IMG/VR virus record: IMGVR_UViG_3300021387_000688 | Length of the DNA: 64,000 nucleotides | Strand: one strand, 5' to 3' | From: a virus | Lineage: Duplodnaviria > Caudoviricetes | Shown: in pieces, positions 51,344-58,191 of the stretch | How positions within the stretch are numbered: the first letter of the stretch is position 1 | Layout: each line of letters opens with the position of its first letter | The notes under the pieces: generated by a model | Seen by the model: only the letters and a program-made list of their open reading frames with translations | Databases searched by the model: none | Told to the model about the DNA's origin: nothing | Position numbers and translations under genes: made by a program

Positions 51344-51367
51344 TAGAGAAATCTAAAGGGGTTTTTT
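51337..51367 (+). terminator. intrinsic terminator (attenuator)
   Basis: ACCCCTTTAGA-gaaa-TCTAAAGGGGT followed by T run. Confidence 0.92.
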
Positions 51368-51432
51368 ATTGGTAGAAAATTTCTAATCTTTTTAGATAAA
51401 AAAGGATCGGGGATTAGCTATATTGAAAAAGT

Positions 51433-51643
51433 CAGTTAATTAATAATTGATAACAATCAAACAAAAGATCCTTACTGAAGTAGGTCGAGTAACTGAGGTA
51501 ACGTTTAGTAAGTGAAAGAATGAGGGCAGTTAAGACTGAGGTAGATACGATCATGAAATAACCGATGTATAGGCGGTGTAAAGATGATTGTTGAAGGTTG
51601 GATGCAGACGGCAGCGATAAATGCATCAGAGTTTGATTATCTG
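51433..51643 (+). ncRNA. unidentified structured RNA (about 210 nt)
   Basis: Ends pair; TAACAATCA 51451 with TGATTGTTG 51585; begins just after CTATATT box at 51418. Confidence 0.55.
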
Positions 51644-51728
51644 GGTAGGTGTGCCGAATGGTTTGAAGGCAGCGGACTGTAAATCCGTGACATTAGAAAC
51701 ACTGGGGGTTCGAATCCCTCCCTGCCCA
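51643..51728 (+). tRNA. tRNA-Tyr(GTA)
   Basis: Cloverleaf, GCGGA-CTGTAAA-TCCGT, long variable arm. Confidence 0.95.
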
Positions 51729-51732
51729 TCAT

Positions 51733-51815
51733 GCGTTCATGACCGGAGATGGCATCGGGCCTGACTGTAAATCAGGTGTATTCGTACATGGGGAGTTCGA
51801 GTCTCTCAGGGCGCA
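51733..51815 (+). tRNA. tRNA-Tyr(GTA), divergent second copy
   Basis: CCTGA-CTGTAAA-TCAGG; weak acceptor stem. Confidence 0.85.
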
Positions 51816-51855
51816 CTTTTGATCTTTGGCATTATTAAGGAAGGATTTTCTTTAT

Positions 51856-51941
51856 GCACTCGTGGCGGAACTGGTAGACGCCCAGGACTTAAAATCCTGT
51901 GTCGGTTAAACGGCGTACGGGTTCGATTCCCGTCGGGTGCA
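51856..51941 (+). tRNA. tRNA-Leu(TAA)
   Basis: CAGGA-CTTAAAA-TCCTG. Confidence 0.95.
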
Positions 51942-52060
51942 CTAATAGTTGCGGCTACACAACTTAAAAAGATACAACCGATCGAAGGGAACTGAGTATG
52001 TCCTTGTTAACGTTGTTATGTAGTGTTTGAAGGTTGCTGCAAACCGCACCTTCGTTTTAT

Positions 52061-52134
52061 GGTCCCGTAGCTTATCTGGATAAAGCATTTGCCTTCTAAG
52101 CAAAGGATTGGGGGTTCGAGTCCCTCCGGGATCA
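52061..52134 (+). tRNA. tRNA-Arg(TCT)
   Basis: TTTGC-CTTCTAA-GCAAA. Confidence 0.95.
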
Positions 52135-52143
52135 CTATTTTAT

Positions 52144-52214
52144 TCTCCCGTGGTGTAGCGGTCGCACATGAGGTTTTGATCCTTACAGGCTGGGTTCGAG
52201 TCCTAGCGGGAGAA
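52144..52214 (+). tRNA. tRNA-Gln(TTG)
   Basis: TGAGG-TTTTGAT-CCTTA. Confidence 0.93.
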
Positions 52215-52220
52215 CTACAG

Positions 52221-53051
52221 GGTTGGTTTCCGATCCTATTAAAAGATAAACGGTGAATACATAAGCCGTGAAAGTCATATTCGTAAAGGTATGGCGGTGG
52301 GAATTTATTTTCCACTCTACGTGAAAACAATGCATCTAACTTGTGATGGCGTTGACCGACGGCAAGTGCTGAGGTTGATAGTTGCAAGGCTCGGTAGTCG
52401 ACGAGCTTGGTTCAAGTTGAGAAGTTGCTTTCTTAATAGCAACTTTGACTACAAGAATGACAGAAGGTGTATTTATCCTCTAAGAAAGAATTGCAAGTTC
52501 CCATAGAGAGGATAACGAACAACGGTAGGTTCTTCAAAGAAATGAGGAGAATTGAAGTCAGTAGATCGAGTAGTTTTTGCAGACGAAAGTAGAAAGGTGA
52601 AGTTTTCTAAACCAGTCAAAAGCTGGCAAGGAACAAGCTAGACCTCATCTTTCAAGGTAGTCAACCGAAATTCTTATGATTAACTCAGTTGGATAGAGTA
52701 ATTGCCTCCTAAGCAATCTGTCGTAGGTTCAATTCCTACATCACAAGCAAAAGTGTCTAGCACAGCCAAATGAAAATGGCGTTATCCAGGTGAAATATAC
52801 TGGCTTGGTGAGTACCGCAAGGAAAGTCAAGAATGGAATGAAGTAGTCAACTGGTAAGAGCCCGCAAGCTCTTCAGGCCGCAAGCCGCTAGGGATGAAAA
52901 AGGAAATTATAAGTTTGGTTGTAGTGAGTTCGACAACACTCTTTAAGTTGTTCGCCATGCGTTCTACTATCAGAAATGGTAGTGTGATTGAAGTTCCGAA
53001 AGGGATTAAAATGAACGTTGTTTAGGTCAATAAATCTCAGCCTTTTCATTT
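52221..53051 (+). ncRNA. large structured RNA, GOLLD-like, with embedded tRNA
   Basis: About 830 nt; 5' domain closed by 52221-52231/52656-52666; 52893-52903 pairs with 53041-53050; many GNRA hairpins; tRNA in linker. Confidence 0.6.
52674..52747 (+). tRNA. tRNA-Arg(CCT)
   Basis: ATTGC-CTCCTAA-GCAAT. Confidence 0.9.
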
Positions 53052-53055
53052 TTTT

Positions 53056-53127
53056 CAATCTGTAGTTTAACGGATAGAACTTCAGCCTCCTAAGCTGAAA
53101 GTGCGAGTTCAATTCTCGCCAGGTTGA
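53056..53127 (+). tRNA. tRNA-Arg(CCT), second copy
   Basis: TCAGC-CTCCTAA-GCTGA. Confidence 0.92.
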
Positions 53128-53129
53128 CT

Positions 53130-53270
53130 ATATAGCATAAGTTGTTCCTATTAAGAGCATGACTAAAATCTGCTGGCAATGCGCCGTATGGGTTCGACTC
53201 CCATCGATCCTCTAAAGGGGATTGTGGTGGAATGGTAGACACGGCAGACTCATTATACAACCCGCTATAT
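53130..53270 (+). tRNA. circularly permuted tRNA-Leu (TAA or CAA) in paired flanks
   Basis: 3' half 53161-53211 precedes 5' half 53218-53250. Confidence 0.8.
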
Positions 53271-53277
53271 TTTTTAT

Positions 53278-53350
53278 AGGTCCTTAGTGTTAACGGTTAG
53301 CACGACAGTCTCCAAAACTGTTTGTGAGGGTTCGAATCCTTCAGGGCCTG
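53278..53350 (+). tRNA. tRNA-Trp(CCA)
   Basis: ACAGT-CTCCAAA-ACTGT. Confidence 0.95.
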
Positions 53351-53516
53351 AAACTGAATGGGTAGCCACTGAAAAGTAAATAGACTGTTTATGAAGTAGG
53401 GGTCCAAACAGAGCTTGTCGCTGATTACATATCAAAGAGTTATTAGTCTAGTCAACTAGATTCGGAGATGGTTTGAAGCTAAACAGGATGACAAAGGGCG
53501 AGTCCTGATTTTTTAT

Positions 53517-53600
53517 CGTTCGGTGGCGGAATTGGTAGACGCACTGGACTCAAAATCCAGCGGTGGCAACACCATGAGGGTTCGATTCCCTCCCGGACGA
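53517..53600 (+). tRNA. tRNA-Leu(CAA)
   Basis: CTGGA-CTCAAAA-TCCAG. Confidence 0.95.
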
Positions 53601-53730
53601 CTCAAATCCCTCTTCCTAAAGTTGGGAGAAAAAGTAACTTTCGGATAGCGGTACAGCCGCATCTTTTTTCTATCCAGTATGAAAGTTATGAGGACGGTGA
53701 AAGGCTCCCGTCCATTTTTTTAAGGAAAAG

Positions 53731-53872
53731 AAATTGCACAGAGTGTTCCTATTATTGCTTTGGGAGCCCTGGGTTGTAGGTTCGAGTCCTACCCTGCCAA
53801 CTATTTCAAAAAGTTAAAAACTTTGGCAGGTAGCTCAACTGGTAGAGCAAGGATTTTTACACTTCGCAATTT
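53731..53872 (+). tRNA. circularly permuted tRNA-Pro(TGG) in paired flanks
   Basis: 3' part 53757-53800 precedes 5' part 53824-53852; rejoined stem AGGGC-TTTGGGA-GCCCT. Confidence 0.85.
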
Positions 53873-53879
53873 TTATATA

Positions 53880-53947
53880 TGAGGTTTAGCTTAGACTCGG
53901 TTAAAGCAACGTGCACAGAAAGGAGGTTCGATTCCTTCTAACCTCAA
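53880..53947 (+). ncRNA. tRNA-like element lacking an anticodon arm
   Basis: TGAGGTT/AACCTCA acceptor, GCTT/AAGC D stem, GGTTCGATTCC T arm. Confidence 0.65.
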
Positions 53948-53949
53948 GC

Positions 53950-54398
53950 AAAGCCGTAGGGAGTAGGATAACTCTTTAGCTTATAGGTTCAGTACTAACC
54001 TGTGAACTAATCACTCCCGAACTAGGTACAGGAACGAAAACTGAAGTGGGGAAGAAGCGGAGGTTGGATACTGTGGTAATCCTAGAGCATGTGAAAGTAG
54101 GAGAGTTGACTTTGGAGAGTGCCAACTTAATGTTCAACCCTGATCCAAGTATCTCTTCCCTTATAGGAAGGGTACGAAAAATGCATTGGATAGAATTAGA
54201 TGCTCCTACATATAAAAAATGACGATTATCGCACACGAGATGATCAAAAAGGTGCAACAACGGTGGGGAAAGCCCATGCCGGTTAAAAGAGCAGATCTGC
54301 GCGATGTCCTTCGACGGTATCTGCCGTAAGAGGGTAGGGGAACCTTGTAGACAAGGGACTGAAGGGGTGTACTCGATCCGAAAAGTTATCTTTTTTTT
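53950..54398 (+). ncRNA. unidentified large structured RNA (about 430 nt)
   Basis: GATAACT 53967 pairs with AGTTATC 54384; GC-enriched, multiple hairpins, T run at end. Confidence 0.6.
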
Positions 54399-54402
54399 TA
54401 TT

Positions 54403-54492
54403 TCAGGATAATTCCTGCAAGGTCCGCGGATGTAGGAAATGGAAACCTTATAGATCAATAAGGAATAGGACGTTCGAATCGTTTGATCCTGA
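54403..54492 (+). ncRNA. atypical tRNA-like cloverleaf
   Basis: TCAGGAT/ATCCTGA, CCTGCA/TGTAGG, CCTTAT/ATAAGG, T loop TTCGAAT. Confidence 0.55.
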
Positions 54493-54750
54493 CTTCACAA
54501 CAGCTGGTGACAATTATCCAGGAACACTTAGAGTCCGCTAAGGTTAGCTGCAACTAACTGGATGCTCAATGTATAGCAAAGACTGTGCAAAGATGACTGG
54601 AAGAAAGAGACACGTGGAAGGGTGTCGGGTAACTTTGCTACCTCCATAACGAGAAACCCGCCGTGATTTGCAGTCAACGATACAGTTTCTCTACTTCCAA
54701 TTTTTGGAGTGATCCATATCGGATTATTAGACATTAAGTCTGAAACATAT

Positions 54751-54833
54751 TGGAGCGTATCTCAGCTGTCTTATAAACAGTCCGGTATAATTCGAGTAAT
54801 TGGTGGATGAGGGTTCAACTCCCTCCGCTCCAA
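54751..54833 (+). tRNA. D-armless tRNA-Ile(TAT)-like RNA with long variable region
   Basis: TGGAGCG/CGCTCCA; GCTGT-CTTATAA-ACAGT; GAGGG-TTCAACT-CCCTC. Confidence 0.7.
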
Positions 54834-54922
54834 CTATATGTAATGATATCATTACAGGAATAAGATAAAATGGACTACCCCAACATAATCGCGATATGTG
54901 GGTAACGAAAGAGTAGTCAAAA

Positions 54923-54994
54923 TCCGCCGTAGCTCATCTGGTCAGAGCAGCTCTTTTTAAGGGTATGTAGTGGGTTCGACCCCCACCGGTGGTT
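54923..54994 (+). tRNA. degenerate tRNA, probably Lys(TTT)
   Basis: Normal D and T arms; 4-bp anticodon stem GCTC-TTTTTAA-GGGT; 1:72 mismatch. Confidence 0.6.
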
Positions 54995-54997
54995 TAT

Positions 54998-55294
54998 ATG
55001 GAAAATGCACAGCCAAGAATTAAGTTTAAAAACTTTTGGCTTTGGTTTAAAGATCAAGTAATGCGTAAAAGGGCTTTCTATAATTTCTTTATAAGTAGAA
55101 ATGCTTGGGGAGCTTTTTCTATCAACTCCCACATCAGAGCAAGTACAGGGCAACCAAAAGTAACTTACAATACAGTAGAATCTGCGTTAAGGGCCGCAGA
55201 GAGTATGAGTAAAAAATATAACAAACATTTTTCAACTTATAAATGTTTGTTCTGCGATGGTTACCATGTAGGAAAAAATAGAGATAATAAATAG
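54998..55294 (+). CDS. small basic protein with C-terminal YxCxxCxGYH motif
   Basis: Start placed at ATG 54998; YKCLFCDGYHVG. Confidence 0.7.
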   Translation: MENAQPRIKFKNFWLWFKDQVMRKRAFYNFFISRNAWGAFSINSHIRASTGQPKVTYNTVESALRAAESMSKKYNKHFSTYKCLFCDGYHVGKNRDNK

Positions 55295-55322
55295 GAGTAG
55301 TTAACAACTACTCCTTTTTTTA
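55293..55322 (+). terminator. terminator closing the tRNA array
   Basis: AGGAGTAGTT-aac-AACTACTCCTTTTTTT. Confidence 0.9.
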
Positions 55323-55367
55323 TGCAAATTAAAACTTTTCTACTATATAATTAATAGGAGAATTTAT

Positions 55368-56789
55368 ATGCGTAAGAATTTATTTAAAGAAGCAATACCG
55401 GCAGAAAGGGACCGTAGAGCCGCAGGGGTAAAATACCGCGATTCAAGTGTAATAGATATGCTTCATGTTGAGGATGATACTTCCGGAGCTGCTACTGCTA
55501 AATTGATTTCTTTCTTAAAGAAAGAAAAATTCAGCGAATACCAAGATTATTTTCGAAAAACAATCAAGCTTTTTGGAGAAAACTATGATGTATATGTTCC
55601 TTATGTATATAAAAAAGGAACATTTACAGTAGTTAGATGGTTTATCGAACCTGGCAAGTACAATAGAACTGCATGGGCGGAATGGTATAATGATGAAGAG
55701 GATTGGGAATATCTTGATCCATCTTTCGCAAAAATCGTTGAGAGATATGGTCTAAAAAGAATGAAGGCTTACATAGGGGATGATCCTTACTATGGTTTAG
55801 GACTTCGTATGCAGAATACTGAAATGACTTCTAATGATTTTGTTAATAAATTGTTAGTGGTTTATAATAAACTTGAAAAGGTAAAAGATAGTTACAATAC
55901 AACTAGTCAAATGGATGATAGAGAATACTACACATATAAAGGCAAGTTACCAAATAACAACCTTCAAATAAACGTATTCTATGTAGACGGAGAAAATGGT
56001 TGTACAATTGAATATGATTGTGAAGTATTAGGTGAAGATCTTAAATGCTATGTTGAATCTGAAAATTCTGCAGTCGGTCTAGATCTTAACGAACCTTCTG
56101 TAACAAAACCTTTCTTTGAGGTTTTAGCTGAAGAAGGAATTATTGAAGAGGAAGATGTAGATTCTTTAGCTGAAGAATTTGATAATGGGCCAACTTATAA
56201 TTATCTTCAAATTTTTGATGTAAGTGATTGGCCAAAGTATTTTGAAATGGTAGGGGAATTCTTAAAAGCAGAGGGTTATATAACTGAATACAATGTAGAA
56301 GCTAGTAGAGCCGTAAACTCTCGTAGAAAGAACCGTATTAAGAACAATCCAAATCTTAGACAGCAGTACGAATCCAGAATTTCTAAAATCTCAAGAAGAA
56401 TGAGAGAAGCAGAAGAAGATTGGGATGACCTTGGATACGATGATTCAGATGCAGGTGTAGAAGATTGGGATGATCCTAATGAAGCTTTAGATGGTGAAGA
56501 TTATTTCACTTATGATGATCCTGATTATACAGGAATGAATTCTGGGGAAAGAGCTTATGACCATTACGATTCTGATATGGAAGATGTAATTGCAGATTCA
56601 ATGCCAACCCGTAAAAAGGGATTAGGTATTGGAAAGAAAAGAGGAGACTCTTCATATTTCAATAAGGATTATTTAGACGCCCCAGATATGTGGGATGAAA
56701 ATGGAGACAATGTTCCTGAAGAAATTGAATGGAAGTTGACTAAAAAAGTTGCAGAATCTAAAAAACCTTTCAAAACAAGATTGTATTAA
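55368..56789 (+). CDS. acidic putative capsid-internal protein
   Basis: LFKEA, YESRISKISRRMREAE, VAESKK motifs; SD AGGAG. Confidence 0.6.
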   Translation: MRKNLFKEAIPAERDRRAAGVKYRDSSVIDMLHVEDDTSGAATAKLISFLKKEKFSEYQDYFRKTIKLFGENYDVYVPYVYKKGTFTVVRWFIEPGKYNRTAWAEWYNDEEDWEYLDPSFAKIVERYGLKRMKAYIGDDPYYGLGLRMQNTEMTSNDFVNKLLVVYNKLEKVKDSYNTTSQMDDREYYTYKGKLPNNNLQINVFYVDGENGCTIEYDCEVLGEDLKCYVESENSAVGLDLNEPSVTKPFFEVLAEEGIIEEEDVDSLAEEFDNGPTYNYLQIFDVSDWPKYFEMVGEFLKAEGYITEYNVEASRAVNSRRKNRIKNNPNLRQQYESRISKISRRMREAEEDWDDLGYDDSDAGVEDWDDPNEALDGEDYFTYDDPDYTGMNSGERAYDHYDSDMEDVIADSMPTRKKGLGIGKKRGDSSYFNKDYLDAPDMWDENGDNVPEEIEWKLTKKVAESKKPFKTRLY

Positions 56790-56808
56790 TAAATAAATTC
56801 TCCAAAGT

Positions 56809-56836
56809 ACCCTCTATCATTGATAGAGGGTTTTTT
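56809..56836 (+). terminator. intrinsic terminator
   Basis: ACCCTCTATC..GATAGAGGGTTTTTT. Confidence 0.88.
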
Positions 56837-56875
56837 ATTGGCCCCTCTACTATTTTATAGAAAAAGGAGTCTAAT

Positions 56876-57211
56876 ATGGAAAAGGTAGATTTGATTAAAG
56901 AGATTATGGATAGTAATCTTAAAGACGAAACAAAGTTAGAATTGGTAAAAACTTTGATGCTATCTAAAGATGAAGCCACCACTCAGCCCCTCCAAATGCC
57001 TTACGTTATAAGAGAAGTTTATAAAGAAGTTCCAAAACCATGGTGGAACGAAATTACTTGCGGAGATAGTACTTCTAAGAAAACAAATCCTTTAGAACTT
57101 TGGGATGACAGTGGTTGGTGGCAGCAACACTTGAAAGATGCGCAAGCAGATGTAGAATCTATCCTTCATCCTAATGCTACTTGGGGAATTAATACGGTAG
57201 TAAGTTGCTAA
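56876..57211 (+). CDS. hypothetical protein
   Basis: SD AAGGAG. Confidence 0.75.
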   Translation: MEKVDLIKEIMDSNLKDETKLELVKTLMLSKDEATTQPLQMPYVIREVYKEVPKPWWNEITCGDSTSKKTNPLELWDDSGWWQQHLKDAQADVESILHPNATWGINTVVSC

Positions 57212-57218
57212 TTATTTC

Positions 57219-57689
57219 ATGAATGAATGGCAATATAATAAAGGATCGTTTCAAGGATTCTGGTATCTTAGAGATGGAACAATAATTGAATTAGGTGAAG
57301 GAGAAGAACATCTGGAATACTTTCTTCACAATTATAAAGAATTTGGAGTAACCGATCAAGAAATAGAAGACATTTGTAATATTAAAGGAATTACCCTTGA
57401 TTGGGAATTACATCATTTTATGGAAATGTCTGAACGAGAAGTTGACTTCCTTTGCCTGGCACTCAAAAAAGGAAATCTAAGAGTTAGATTATATGATTGT
57501 TTTAACGATCCTTATATTTCTATAGAATATTATGGTCAACGAAATAAAAAATACGTTTGCAATTGTTTAATAGATATGGAAGGGGAATATTTTAGTAAAG
57601 TCCACCTTCCATATTATTTTTATGATTACGAATCCGATTCTGGAATTGATATAAAATCAATAGACAAAGCTATTGTTGAGTTTGCGTAG
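57219..57689 (+). CDS. hypothetical protein
   Basis: CTAATTATTTC-ATG. Confidence 0.75.
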   Translation: MNEWQYNKGSFQGFWYLRDGTIIELGEGEEHLEYFLHNYKEFGVTDQEIEDICNIKGITLDWELHHFMEMSEREVDFLCLALKKGNLRVRLYDCFNDPYISIEYYGQRNKKYVCNCLIDMEGEYFSKVHLPYYFYDYESDSGIDIKSIDKAIVEFA

Positions 57690-58191
57690 GACTCCAAGAA
57701 GCCCACAAAGTAGATTCAGCTCTGTAAATTCTTTCTCGCCATTCATCCCCTTTCAAATTATCTATTTGATACAGGTCTTCATGTTCTGTCACATACTGTT
57801 TAACTTTTTCATCCCAATTAGATTCATTGGCCTTCAAAATATCTTTAATATGGCTGTCCCAAATAACAGGGTAGCAATGAGGATTAATAATATGACAGAT
57901 TTTAGAAATTGCAGAAATCTGTCTACCTACTCCCATTCCTATATCTGGCCCACTAAAGATATTTAATTCTCCAGCCGGTATTTCATAACGATGCTGTACC
58001 AACCAATCACAAGTTGCTTTTCTAAGAGAACCCTTTCTTACAGCCCAACCATTACCTCTATCAGCTACAGCCTGAAAAAGTAAACTCATTGTTTTATCAT
58101 TAGCTGTATGCCAATTACTAAAGAGAACATCAAAGCTTTCTTTTTTCCAATTTACAGATCCTTCAATTGAAGGGTTAATTGCTTCACTCAT
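57670..58191 (-). CDS. hypothetical protein (predicted leaderless), possibly HhH glycosylase-like
   Basis: ISAISKICH..P..YPVIWDS; CTATATT-N6-ATG. Confidence 0.65.
   Translation of the reverse strand: MSEAINPSIEGSVNWKKESFDVLFSNWHTANDKTMSLLFQAVADRGNGWAVRKGSLRKATCDWLVQHRYEIPAGELNIFSGPDIGMGVGRQISAISKICHIINPHCYPVIWDSHIKDILKANESNWDEKVKQYVTEHEDLYQIDNLKGDEWRERIYRAESTLWASWSPTQTQQ

Noticed and set aside
51941-53720. Theta/HDV-like ribozymes after tRNAs
   Set aside because: No nested double-pseudoknot consensus found by eye directly 3' of any tRNA; a motif search is needed to exclude them fully.
53130-53872. Permuted tRNAs as remnants of adjacent truncated tandem tRNAs or integration scars
   Set aside because: The halves are mutually complementary and both share covarying flanks, which decay would not produce.
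54923-54994. Ochre suppressor tRNA (TTA) or alternative genetic code
   Set aside because: The 7-nt loop register gives TTT; genes are intact under the standard code, with TAA, TAG and TGA all used as stops.
51432-55153. ORF-track ORFs across the RNA region (51432, 52016, 52291, 52888, 53976, 54528, 54917)
   Set aside because: They overlap tRNAs and structured RNA, are mostly antisense, and have atypical composition.
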